This document shows, in pieces, positions 42,169 to 51,880 of a stretch of DNA of 64,000 nt. The position numbers were made by a program, and so were the translations under genes. This DNA comes from Alphaproteobacteria bacterium (GTDB lineage Bacteria > Pseudomonadota > Alphaproteobacteria > MPNO01). Under the pieces are notes generated by a model that was given only the letters and a program-made list of their open reading frames with translations, had not been told where the DNA came from and did not search any database. The stretch covers positions 896,001 through 960,000 of the forward strand of contig CBDFLJ010000002.1 in NCBI GenBank assembly GCA_965248835.1, written 5' to 3'. The number at the start of each line of letters is the position of its first letter. The first letter of the stretch is position 1.

Positions 42169-43592
42169 GCGAGCCCGATCTCTGCTATCTCGGCGGCGCC
42201 GAGGCCGCGCGACGGATCGCCGCCGGCGCGCTGTCCCCGGTGGCGCTGGTCGAGGCGATCCTGGCCCGGATCGATGCCGTGCAGCCGGCGCTGAACCCTT
42301 TCACGATCGTCTGCGCCGAGCAGGCGCGCGAGGCCGCGCACGCGGCCGAGGCGGCGCTGGAGCGCGGCGAAGCCACCGGCCCGCTCCACGGCGTGCCCTA
42401 TACGGCCAAGGACATGATCAATGTCGCCGGCCTGCGGATCACCTTCGGCTCGCCGATGTTCGAGGACAACGTGGCCGACGCCGATACCGTGGTCATCGCG
42501 CGGCTCAGACAGGCCGGCGCGATCCTGATCGGCATTACCAACATGGCCGAGTGCGGCCACAAGGGAACCAACGACAACCCGGTCTGGGGGATGACCCGAA
42601 ACCCGTGGAACCCCGAAACCACCCCCGGCGGCTCGTCCGGCGGGGCTGCGACGGCGCTTGCGACCGGCTGCGGCGCGCTGGCGCTTGGCACCGACCGTGC
42701 CGGGTCGGTCCGGATCCCCGCCGGCGCAACCGGCGTCCTGGGGCTCAAGCCCACGCTTGGCGTCTTCCCCTGTCCGGAGACGCCGGACCTGTTCGACACC
42801 ACGACCGTGATCGGCCCGATGGCGCGGTCGGTCGAGGACATCGCGCTGCTGATGAGCGTCTGCGGCGGACCCGACTCGCGCGATCCCTGGTCGCACGGCG
42901 CGGCCAGGAAGGACTACGCCGCCGCGCCGCGCGGCGACATGAAAGGCGTGCGCATCGCCTGGGCGCCGCTGGTCGGCAACGCGGCCATCGACCACGAGAC
43001 GCGGGCGATCTGCGAGGAAGCGGTCGAGGCCTTCCGCCGGCTCGGCGCCGAGGTCCGCGAGATCGACATCGACCTGTCGGCGGCGGTGGACATTCTCTAC
43101 GCCCTGGTCGGGGCGCTGGCACACGCGGCCTACGGCGAGAAGATGGACAGGTTCGGCGAGCGCATCGATCCCTCGCTGCGGCAGGGCATCGCGATGGGCG
43201 GTGCGCTGAGCGCGACGGACCTGGAAAAGGCGCTGTTCGGCCGAGCCGAGCTGTTCCGCAGGATCGAGGCGGTGCTGGCCGAAAACGACCTGCTGGTCAC
43301 GCCCACCCTGACCCGGCCGGCGATCGCCGCCGACCACTTCGCGTTCGACCCGGTGGTGATCAACGGACGACCGCACCGCTCGCCGCGCCATGATTGGTAT
43401 CCCTACACCCATCCGTTCAACCACACCGGACACCCGGCATTGGCTCTGCCGGCGGGCTGGACCGAAGACGGCATGCCGGTGGGGCTGCAGATCGTCGGCC
43501 CCTGGCATTGCGAAGACCGGCTGATCGCCGCCGGCGCCGAGCTCGAAGCCGCGCGGCCCTGGTCGGGGCGCCGTCCGCCCCTGCCGTCCTGA
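42165..43592 (+). CDS. Amidase signature family enzyme
   Basis: GPLHGVP..AKD, GGSSGG, GTDRAGSVRIP, YTHPFN.TGHPA. Confidence 0.92.
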   Translation: MSEPDLCYLGGAEAARRIAAGALSPVALVEAILARIDAVQPALNPFTIVCAEQAREAAHAAEAALERGEATGPLHGVPYTAKDMINVAGLRITFGSPMFEDNVADADTVVIARLRQAGAILIGITNMAECGHKGTNDNPVWGMTRNPWNPETTPGGSSGGAATALATGCGALALGTDRAGSVRIPAGATGVLGLKPTLGVFPCPETPDLFDTTTVIGPMARSVEDIALLMSVCGGPDSRDPWSHGAARKDYAAAPRGDMKGVRIAWAPLVGNAAIDHETRAICEEAVEAFRRLGAEVREIDIDLSAAVDILYALVGALAHAAYGEKMDRFGERIDPSLRQGIAMGGALSATDLEKALFGRAELFRRIEAVLAENDLLVTPTLTRPAIAADHFAFDPVVINGRPHRSPRHDWYPYTHPFNHTGHPALALPAGWTEDGMPVGLQIVGPWHCEDRLIAAGAELEAARPWSGRRPPLPS

Positions 43593-43595
43593 CTC

Positions 43596-45197
43596 TCAGG
43601 CGGCCTTGATCATGTCGGAGGCCTTCTCGGCGATCATGATCGTCGGCGCGTTGGTGTTGCCGCCGGTGATCGTCGGCATCACCGAGGCATCGACGACGCG
43701 CAGGCCTTCGATGCCGCGCACCCGCAGCTCCGGGTCGACCACCGAGTCCTCGTCCGCACCCATGCGGCAGGTGCCGATCGGGTGGAAGATGGTGTGCGCG
43801 TTCTCGCGCACCCAGTCCGACAGCACCTCGCCGTCGTCGATTTCGGGCCCGGGCATCCTCTCGGTCCCGCGATAGCGATCGAACGCCGGCGCATACATCA
43901 GCCGGCGCGCCTCCTGGAAGCCGCGCACCAGGGTGTCGAGGTCCTCGGACTCGGCGAAGAAGCACGGGTCGATCCGCGGCCGGTCCACCGGATCGGCCGA
44001 TTTCAGGGTTATCTCGCCGCGGCTCTTGGGGCGCAGCAGGGTCGCGCTGACCGAGAATCCGTGGCCCCAGCCGAACAACCTTCCATCCTTGCCCCGCTGG
44101 CCCGGCACGAAGCCGATCTGGATGTCGGGCCGCGGCGCGGTGGGGTCGGTCCGCACAAAACCGCCGCTTTCGATCAGGTTGGAGGTCCAGAAGCCGCGCC
44201 GGGAGACCGCGTAGCGAAGCACGCTCCAGGCCATCCACGGCATCGCGCGCGCGGACAGCCCATAGGGCACCAGGCTCGGGCTTTCGAACTCGACCCGCGC
44301 GGAGATGTGGTCCTGAAGGTTCTTGCCGACCGCGGGCAGCGCATGGGCAAGCGGGATCCCCAGCTCCGACAGCGCAGCGCCGTCGCCGATGCCGGACAGC
44401 ATCATGAGTTGAGGGGAGGCGATGGCGCCGCCTGACAGGATGACCTCCCGCCGGGCGCCGATCGATTCACCCTGCGCGCCGTTGGCGAGTGCGACGCCGA
44501 CGGCGCGGCGGCCTTCGAGCATGACGCGGGCGACCTGGCGACCGGTCTTGACCTCCAGGTTCGGCCGGCCCTTCGCCGGGGTCAGGAACGCGGCGGCGGC
44601 CGAGCACCGCCGGCCGTCCCGCTGTGTGACCTGGAAGACGCCGAACCCTTCCTGGTCGGCGCCGTTGAAGTCCTCATTGCGGCTGTATTGCAGGCTTTCG
44701 GCGGCTTCCACCAACGTCTCGCCCAGCGGGTTCGGACGGTCGACATAGGTCACGTTGAGCGGGCCGCCCTGGCCGTGCAACGCGCTGGCGCCATAAGTCT
44801 CGTTGTGCTCGGACTTCAGGAAATAGGGAAGCACGTCATCCCAGCCCCAGCCGGACAGCCCGGCCGCCTCCCATTCGTCATAGTCGCCGCGGTGGCCCCG
44901 GATATAGACCATGCCGTTGATCGAGCTCGACCCGCCAAGCGAGCGCCCGCGCGGGATATAGACCGCGGCCCCGTTCATCTGCTTCTGCGGCTCGGTCTCG
45001 AAGCGCCAGTTGAGCGTCTTGTGGCGCATCAGGGCGAACAGTGCGGCCGGAATATGGATCAGCGGGCTACGGTCCGGCGGGCCGGCCTCGATCAGGCAGA
45101 CGCTGGTTGCCGGGTCCTCGCTCAGCCGGCTGGCCAGCACGCATCCGGCCGAGCCGCCGCCCACGATGACGTAATCGAAATGTTCGCCGTTGCCCAT
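43596..45197 (-). CDS. GMC family oxidoreductase (choline/alcohol dehydrogenase-like)
   Basis: GGGSAG, GRSLGGSSSING, GKNLQDH, HPIGTCRMG, GNTNAP. Confidence 0.92.
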   Translation of the reverse strand: MGNGEHFDYVIVGGGSAGCVLASRLSEDPATSVCLIEAGPPDRSPLIHIPAALFALMRHKTLNWRFETEPQKQMNGAAVYIPRGRSLGGSSSINGMVYIRGHRGDYDEWEAAGLSGWGWDDVLPYFLKSEHNETYGASALHGQGGPLNVTYVDRPNPLGETLVEAAESLQYSRNEDFNGADQEGFGVFQVTQRDGRRCSAAAAFLTPAKGRPNLEVKTGRQVARVMLEGRRAVGVALANGAQGESIGARREVILSGGAIASPQLMMLSGIGDGAALSELGIPLAHALPAVGKNLQDHISARVEFESPSLVPYGLSARAMPWMAWSVLRYAVSRRGFWTSNLIESGGFVRTDPTAPRPDIQIGFVPGQRGKDGRLFGWGHGFSVSATLLRPKSRGEITLKSADPVDRPRIDPCFFAESEDLDTLVRGFQEARRLMYAPAFDRYRGTERMPGPEIDDGEVLSDWVRENAHTIFHPIGTCRMGADEDSVVDPELRVRGIEGLRVVDASVMPTITGGNTNAPTIMIAEKASDMIKAA

Positions 45198-45341
45198 GGA
45201 TTGATCCGTCCGACGTTTTGCTTCGCCCGGTGATCACTCTATCGCATCGTCGCGCCGGAGGAAGCCGGTGCCATCCCCTCCCTGGTACGTTGGGGGGTCC
45301 TGAACTAACATCGACGGAGAATCAATTTTGGAGCCTGGGGA

Positions 45342-47312
45342 ATGATCTTTCCGCGCCTGTTTTCGACCGCACGGGTCGGCGGCATCGAAATCCGCAACCG
45401 GCTTCTGATGCCGCCCATGCACACCAACCTCGGTGATCCCGACGACGGGATCTCCGAGGCCGGGATCGATTTCTACGTCGCCCGAGCGCGCGGCGGCTTC
45501 GGCATGGTCGGGGTCGGCATCATCGATTCCTTCCAGTTCGGCCATGCCAGCCCCGGCGAGTTCGTCCTGCACAACGACCGCCACGTGAAGGTCCATGCCC
45601 GCCTGGTCGCGCAGCTCAAGGCCGAAGGTGCGTTCGCCTACGCCCAGATCGGCCTGCGCCGCATCTGGCCGCTGCACGAGATGCGGCGCAGGCCGAAGCT
45701 GTCGGAGTTTCCCGGCCACGAGATCGAGATCTGGGTCGCGGCCGTCATCGATACCGCCAAGCGGGCGATGGAGGCGGGCTACGACGCGATCGATCTGCTG
45801 GGCAACGGCGGCGGGGCGATCAGCATCTTCATGTCCCAGGTCTTCAACGACCGCGACGACGACTGGGGCGGCGACGAGGAACGCAGGCTCGCCTTCCCGA
45901 CCGCGATCGTGCGCGGCATCCGCGAACAGGTCAGCCGCGAGGTGCCGATCTTCTTCCGGCTGCACGGCGCGGAGTTCCTCTCCGGCGGCTACGGCCTGGA
46001 CGGGGCGGTCCGCAATGCCCAGCACCTGGCGTCCGAAGGGGTCGGGCTGTTCAACGTCGCTGCGGGCGGGCATGCCACCACCGTGCCCAACCTCACCCCC
46101 GACGTGCCGGAATCCGGCTTCGCATTCCTGTCGCACGCGCTCAAGCGGGCCGGGGTGCCGGCGCTGGTCGCCGCCTCGACCCGGATCAGCGAGCCATTCG
46201 CCGCCGAGGAGATCCTGCGCAAGGGATGGGCTGATTTCATCTCGCTGGCCCGCCCGGCGCTTGCCGATCCCGATTGGCCGAACAAGGCCCAGGCCGGCGA
46301 TTGGCAGGACATCAGGCTTTGCATCGCCTGCAACGAGTGCCTGGATCTGTCGACCGTGCGCGAGGAGACGGTGCGCTGCCTGGTCAACCCGCGGGCCGGA
46401 CGGCATCGCGAGCTCGCCGCGGTGGCGCCGGCCGAGGCGCGCAAGAAGGTCGTCGTCATCGGCGGCGGCTGCGTCGGGCTCCAGGCCGCCATCACCGCGG
46501 CCGAACGCGGCCACGAGGTGCACCTCTACGAGAAGCGGCCCTATCTCGGGGGCAAATGGCTGATTTCCTATGCGCCGCCCGGCCGCGAGCCGTTGCAGGC
46601 GTTCCTGGTCTGGCTGGTCGGCCAGGCCAAGCGCGCCGGGGTGCAAATCCATCTCGGCGTGACCGCGACGCCCGCGTTGCTGAGCGCGGCGGAACCCGAC
46701 GAGATCATTGCCACCATCGGCGCCGCCCCGGTCCTTCCCGACATCCCGGGGATCGATCTACCCCATGTCGTGACCGGCGAAGAGGTGCTGATGGGCCAGG
46801 TCGATCTCGGCCGCAACGTGGTCGTCGCCGGCGGCGGCGGGGCGGGGGTCGAGGTCGCCCATTTCATCGCCACGCTGCATCGGCTGGACCGCAACCTGAT
46901 CTCCCACCTGGAGGCCTTCGACGGCTACACCGCGGTCAAGGACCAGGTCGAGGCGGGCCGGCGCAACGTGACCCTCCTGGGACGCAACCGGCGGATGGGG
47001 GCCGGGCTCGGTCCGGCCACCCGCTGGGTGCTGGTCCACGAGCTGACCAATGACGGGATCGAGGTGATGGCCGGTCACGCGCTGAGCGCGATCGGGCCCA
47101 ACGCGGTGATCGCGACCGCCATGGAGGACGGCACCGAGAAAGAGATCGAGGCCGACAGCGTGGTGATCTGCGCCGGATATAAGACCGATCCGGCCGAGCT
47201 CGAGCTGCTGCGGACCGCCGCCCCGAGCCTGCACGCGTTGGGCGACGTCAAGTCGGTCGGTCACGCAATCACCGGCATTGCAGAGGCGTACGACCTGGCG
47301 CTGCGGATCTGA
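45342..47312 (+). CDS. NADH:flavin oxidoreductase, 2,4-dienoyl-CoA reductase/BaiCD-like (OYE + 4Fe-4S + FAD)
   Basis: IRNRLLMPPM, ARARGG, LARPALADP, CIACNEC..CLVNP, GGGCVG. Confidence 0.85.
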   Translation: MIFPRLFSTARVGGIEIRNRLLMPPMHTNLGDPDDGISEAGIDFYVARARGGFGMVGVGIIDSFQFGHASPGEFVLHNDRHVKVHARLVAQLKAEGAFAYAQIGLRRIWPLHEMRRRPKLSEFPGHEIEIWVAAVIDTAKRAMEAGYDAIDLLGNGGGAISIFMSQVFNDRDDDWGGDEERRLAFPTAIVRGIREQVSREVPIFFRLHGAEFLSGGYGLDGAVRNAQHLASEGVGLFNVAAGGHATTVPNLTPDVPESGFAFLSHALKRAGVPALVAASTRISEPFAAEEILRKGWADFISLARPALADPDWPNKAQAGDWQDIRLCIACNECLDLSTVREETVRCLVNPRAGRHRELAAVAPAEARKKVVVIGGGCVGLQAAITAAERGHEVHLYEKRPYLGGKWLISYAPPGREPLQAFLVWLVGQAKRAGVQIHLGVTATPALLSAAEPDEIIATIGAAPVLPDIPGIDLPHVVTGEEVLMGQVDLGRNVVVAGGGGAGVEVAHFIATLHRLDRNLISHLEAFDGYTAVKDQVEAGRRNVTLLGRNRRMGAGLGPATRWVLVHELTNDGIEVMAGHALSAIGPNAVIATAMEDGTEKEIEADSVVICAGYKTDPAELELLRTAAPSLHALGDVKSVGHAITGIAEAYDLALRI

Positions 47313-47323
47313 GAGCCGGACGC

Positions 47324-48961
47324 ATGACGGCGATTCCGGAAACACGCGCGGCCGCGCGCCGCCGCTGGGTCGCCGATCTGGCCGCGCGCGACGACAATCC
47401 GACATTCGCCGACGCCTGCGACCGCAACGCCGAGGAACTGCCCGACCGGACCGCGCTGATCGACCGCAGCGCACGGCTTAGCTGGGGCGCGGTCAGGCAG
47501 GTCTCGGACCGTCTCGCCCAAGCGCTGCTGGAGCGCGGGCTGATGCGCCCCGACGTGGCGCTCCTCCATCTCGGGAACTGCGTCGAGCAGTTCCTGATCC
47601 GGCTGGCCTGCGAGAAGGCCGGTGTGCGGGTGATCCTGACCACAACCGCCTTCCGCGAGACCGAGCTGGTCTCGATCATCGAGCGCGCCAAGCCGGCGAT
47701 CGCCTTCGTCTCAGCGCGGCTCGCCGGGCGCGGGCACTACGACGTTCTCCGCCGGGCGCTGGAAGAGCGCGGCATCGCCCTCGGCTTCGTTCTGGTGGGC
47801 GGCGAAAATGTGGCTTGGGGCGAGACCTACGAAGCGTTGCTCGCATCGGCCGCCGCCGAACCCAGCGCGGGCCTTCTTGCACGGACCCGCTTCGGCTGGG
47901 GGGAGCGGTTCTATTTCACCACCACCAGCGGCTCGACCAGCGCGCCCAAGATTGCCGATACGATCTTCGGCCATCGGCTCTGGCTGTCCCTCAAGCATGC
48001 AGCAGGAGTCGGTCTGGCGGTCGGCGAGCGTCTAGCCGCGCTGCCGCCGATGACCTCGGGGACCTCCGATTCGCTGGTCCAGCACGCCGCGCCCTATTTC
48101 GCCGCGCCGGTCGTGCTCGAGTCCCGGTTCGCGGCCGTGGAGACCGCCCGCTTGCTGGTCGACGAAGAGGTCGCCGTCGCGACCGCGGTGCCGACGATGC
48201 TCGCCCGCCTGCTGGCGAGCGGCGCCGTCGAGCGCCTGGCCGATGCGCCGCTTCGCTGTTTTGCGACCTACGCTGACGCGATCGGCTACGACCTCGCCGC
48301 CGCGGTCGAGGAGCGCGGCCGATGCGCCGTCGTGCGCTGTTACGGCACGATGGATTTCGGCGGCATCTCGATGTCGACGCTGGATGATGACCGCGCGGCG
48401 CGCATCCGCACGGTCGGCAAGCCGTTTGCCGAGAACGACGTCCGCATCATCGACGCCGACGGCAACGAGACCGCCTCGGGCGTCGAGGGCGAGATCGTGA
48501 TGCGGCCGAGCCGGCTGGTGATGGGCGGCGGCTATTACCGCGACCTGGAGAAGTCACGCGCGGCCTGGGCCGGGGATTTCTATCGCCTGGGCGATTTCGG
48601 TCATTTCGATGAGGACGGCAACATCGTGCTCGCCGGCCGCGGCGAGGAATTGATCATCCGCGGCGGGCAGAACATCGTACCGGCCGAAGTGGAGGCGCTG
48701 ATGATCTCCCACCCCGATGTGATCGAGGTCGCGGTCGTCGGTCTGCCGGACGAGGAGATGGGCCAACGGGTCTGCGCCTGCGTAGTCTTGGAGAACGGCG
48801 CATCGCTGGCGCTCGAGGACGTGCGCCGTCATTTCGACGCGCTCGGCATCGCCCGCTTCAAATGCCCCGAACGCATCGCGCAATTCGACGCATTCCCGAT
48901 GGCCATGTCGGGGATGAAAATCGACCGCCGCCGGCTGGTCGACCTGGTCGGGCAGGGATAG
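47324..48961 (+). CDS. AMP-binding enzyme (acyl-CoA synthetase-like)
   Basis: TTTSGSTSAPK, YG, GD, IIRGGQN, EVE...HP, KIDR. Confidence 0.85.
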   Translation: MTAIPETRAAARRRWVADLAARDDNPTFADACDRNAEELPDRTALIDRSARLSWGAVRQVSDRLAQALLERGLMRPDVALLHLGNCVEQFLIRLACEKAGVRVILTTTAFRETELVSIIERAKPAIAFVSARLAGRGHYDVLRRALEERGIALGFVLVGGENVAWGETYEALLASAAAEPSAGLLARTRFGWGERFYFTTTSGSTSAPKIADTIFGHRLWLSLKHAAGVGLAVGERLAALPPMTSGTSDSLVQHAAPYFAAPVVLESRFAAVETARLLVDEEVAVATAVPTMLARLLASGAVERLADAPLRCFATYADAIGYDLAAAVEERGRCAVVRCYGTMDFGGISMSTLDDDRAARIRTVGKPFAENDVRIIDADGNETASGVEGEIVMRPSRLVMGGGYYRDLEKSRAAWAGDFYRLGDFGHFDEDGNIVLAGRGEELIIRGGQNIVPAEVEALMISHPDVIEVAVVGLPDEEMGQRVCACVVLENGASLALEDVRRHFDALGIARFKCPERIAQFDAFPMAMSGMKIDRRRLVDLVGQG

Positions 48962-48992
48962 CCCCGCCGGTATCAAGGAGGCTAAGCCAAGC

Positions 48993-49835
48993 ATGACCAC
49001 TCCCGAAAATCCCGAGATCGGCGCGTGCATCGAGGCTGCCGGGATCCGCACCAACTGCCACGACGCCGGCGCGGGAGCGCCGGTCATGCTGCTCCACGGC
49101 TCCGGCCCCGGGGTGACGGCGTGGGCCAACTGGCGGCTGGTGCTGCCCAGGCTGGCGCCCGAATTCCGGGTCATCGCACCGGATATCGTGGGTTTCGGCT
49201 ACACCGACCGCCCGGCCGATGCGGTCTACGACATGGCCTACTGGACCCGCCATGCGGTCGGCGTCCTGGATGCGCTGGACATCCGGACATGCGATCTCAT
49301 TGGCAATTCCTTCGGCGGCGCGCTTGCGCTCTCGCTTGCGGTCAACCACCCCGACCGCGTCGGGCGCATGGTGCTGATGGGCGCGGCCGGCATCGACTTC
49401 GCGCTGACCCCGGGGCTGGATGCGGTCTGGGGCTACGAGCCCTCGCTCGAGGCGATGGGCGAGCTGGTCGGGATGTTCGCCTGGAACAACGATATCGTTA
49501 CCCAAGACCTCATCCGGCTGCGCTACGAGGCGAGCATCAGGCCCGGCTACCAGGACTCCTATGCCAGCATGTTCCCCGCCCCGCGCCAGCGCCATATCGA
49601 CGCGATGGCTCAGAGCGAGGACGCGCTGCGCGCGATCGGCCACCCGAGCCTGATCGTCCACGGCCGCGAAGACCGCATCATTCCGCTCGATGCGAGCATC
49701 AGGCTCAGCCGGCTGATCCCGCGTTCGGAACTCCACGTCTTCGGACAATGCGGGCATTGGACCCAGATCGAGCACAATGCGCGGTTTTGCCGCCTGGTGG
49801 CGGATTTCCTGTCCCACACCGCCGATCGGACCTGA
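48993..49835 (+). CDS. Meta-cleavage product hydrolase (2-hydroxymuconic semialdehyde hydrolase-like)
   Basis: HGSGPGVTAWANWR, GNSFGG, HGREDRII, CGHWTQIEH. Confidence 0.9.
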   Translation: MTTPENPEIGACIEAAGIRTNCHDAGAGAPVMLLHGSGPGVTAWANWRLVLPRLAPEFRVIAPDIVGFGYTDRPADAVYDMAYWTRHAVGVLDALDIRTCDLIGNSFGGALALSLAVNHPDRVGRMVLMGAAGIDFALTPGLDAVWGYEPSLEAMGELVGMFAWNNDIVTQDLIRLRYEASIRPGYQDSYASMFPAPRQRHIDAMAQSEDALRAIGHPSLIVHGREDRIIPLDASIRLSRLIPRSELHVFGQCGHWTQIEHNARFCRLVADFLSHTADRT

Positions 49836-49853
49836 ATTTGGGAGGCAAAGACG

Positions 49854-50477
49854 ATGAAGATGCTGCACGATGTTGCGATTCCCGGCCGCGAAGGCGGCGC
49901 GTGGATCGTCCGCGAGGGCCAGCACATCAAGGTGACCGACGTCGATGGCGGATGCATCTGTGACTTCGTCAGCTTCAATGCGCACAAGCTGAAGGAGCGT
50001 TTCAGCCAGGCCCGCACCAAGTCCAACCAGGGCAAGATCCTGCTGTCGGTGGGCGACCATCTTTATACCCGCGACAACAACGTCCTGCTGACCATCACCG
50101 AGGACACCTACGGCGTCCACGACATGGAATACGGCATGTGCAGCGCCTGGGTGTACCAGAACATCGGCGGGGACTACGACAGCCTGGACGAGGGGTTCAA
50201 GATCGGCGGACCGCTCGGCTATCCAAGCTTCGGCTGTTACGAGGTGCTGCAGAAGGCGCTGGCGGACTACCCGATCGAGCCGGAGAACATCCCCGAGACG
50301 CTCAACCTGTTTCAGACGCTCGCCTTCGAGATGCCCGAGGGCAGGTTCCGCACCCGGGAGGGCGGCAGCAAGCCGGGCGACTATATCGATTTCGTCGCCC
50401 GGATGGACACGCTGTGCGCGGTCAGCGCCTGTCCCGCCGCCGGCCGGCCGCTCCGCATCCAGATCTACGAGCCCTGA
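49854..50477 (+). CDS. DUF1989 / urea carboxylase-associated family protein
   Basis: ITEDTYGVHD..GMC, GC, LNLF, SKPGDYIDF.A.MD..CAVSACP. Confidence 0.8.
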   Translation: MKMLHDVAIPGREGGAWIVREGQHIKVTDVDGGCICDFVSFNAHKLKERFSQARTKSNQGKILLSVGDHLYTRDNNVLLTITEDTYGVHDMEYGMCSAWVYQNIGGDYDSLDEGFKIGGPLGYPSFGCYEVLQKALADYPIEPENIPETLNLFQTLAFEMPEGRFRTREGGSKPGDYIDFVARMDTLCAVSACPAAGRPLRIQIYEP

Positions 50478-50533
50478 AGCACCGTCCGATCGGGCCGCGC
50501 TGCGCGGCCCCGACGGTGATGATCCTCGACATC

Positions 50534-51613
50534 TCAAGCCTCCGCGAGGTGGCCGTCGGGATGGGGCATCTCGTGGTAAATGCCAAGCGACTTCATGGCC
50601 GGGAAGTCGTGGATCGAGAACAGGACCGCGGGCTCACCGTTCGAATTACCATGCTCATGCCAGAACCAGGTCGGAACCACGAACAGGTCGCCCTCGGCCC
50701 AATCGAAGCGCTGATCCCCGACCATGCTATGGCCCTCTCCCTGGAAGACGTAATACACCGCGCAGCTGGTGTGCCGATGCGCCCGGGTCCGGACACCGGG
50801 CCTGATCATCTGAACGCAGCAGGTGAAGGTTGGATAGAGCGACTTGCCGGTCGCCGGATTGACGTATTCGAGGATCACATCGTCGAACGGGCTGACCTCG
50901 GTCTTGGCGAGGCGGCTGAGTGCCTCATAGGTCGACGCCCACCGGTAATGGATGAGCCCCACGCGGTTCGAGGTGCCGTCACTGTCCCACATCGGCTTCA
51001 GGCCGGCCGCGCTGTAGCGCTGCTCCGAGAGCCCTGCCGCCGAGCCCGATAACTGCTTCTCGGCCGACAATTCATAGCCGACATATTCACCCACGGTTTC
51101 GAGATAGCCCATCGCGTCGAGATACTGGACCAGCGGAAGGTCGAGCGCATCGAGCCACACGCCGGCCTCGTTGCCTTCGCCGCCATAGTCGTGCCACTCG
51201 CCGCCCGGCGTCACGATCAGGTCGCCGGGCTCCATGATGCACTTGTCGTTTTCGACCGTCGTGTAAGCGCCGCTCCCCTTGAGGAAAAATCGGATCGCGT
51301 TTGCCGTATGCCGATGCGGCACCGCGATTTCGTTGGGCAGAATCTGCTGGACCGAGACCGAGAGCGACTGGGTCGCGTATTTCCATCCCGGCGTTCCGGG
51401 GTTCGCAAGCCGCAGCATGCGCCGTTCGCCCAACGCCATGCTCGCCGCCTTTTCGGTCAATCGCTCAATCTCGGCCGCTTTCCAGTGATGCGCTTGAATG
51501 AGGTGTTTCTTCGGGCGGACGATCGGTTGCCCGGCCGAGCCCGGAAAGTCGAGCGCCGCGCCATACACCTCGGCGAGGAAATCGTCCTGCGTCGTCGTTT
51601 GCTGCTGCGCCAT
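50534..51613 (-). CDS. Bicupin ring-cleaving dioxygenase (gentisate 1,2-dioxygenase family)
   Basis: ERRMLRLANPG, PHRHTANAIRF, PGDLIVTP..WHD, WLDALDLP, HRHT, GDLFVVPTW.WHEH. Confidence 0.87.
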   Translation of the reverse strand: MAQQQTTTQDDFLAEVYGAALDFPGSAGQPIVRPKKHLIQAHHWKAAEIERLTEKAASMALGERRMLRLANPGTPGWKYATQSLSVSVQQILPNEIAVPHRHTANAIRFFLKGSGAYTTVENDKCIMEPGDLIVTPGGEWHDYGGEGNEAGVWLDALDLPLVQYLDAMGYLETVGEYVGYELSAEKQLSGSAAGLSEQRYSAAGLKPMWDSDGTSNRVGLIHYRWASTYEALSRLAKTEVSPFDDVILEYVNPATGKSLYPTFTCCVQMIRPGVRTRAHRHTSCAVYYVFQGEGHSMVGDQRFDWAEGDLFVVPTWFWHEHGNSNGEPAVLFSIHDFPAMKSLGIYHEMPHPDGHLAEA

Positions 51614-51880
51614 GTCCCGCTCCTCATGTTGCGCGATGGACGGGCCGGTCCCACACCGTCGCGGCGGGTGATATCGTTCGTCTTCGTGCCATCACATTAC
51701 AACCCCCGGAGTCTTGACGTAAACATGGACATGAACCAGTGTCGGCGCCCAATAATGTGGATCGGCGGCAAACCAGCCAGAAATCCCCAGGCGCGACCGG
51801 CACCCGGCGAGGCAGCGATCTAAACGCCCCAAGCCATGCGCGCCCGCGACCGACCGGCAATGCAATGCGAGGAGGCCCGC

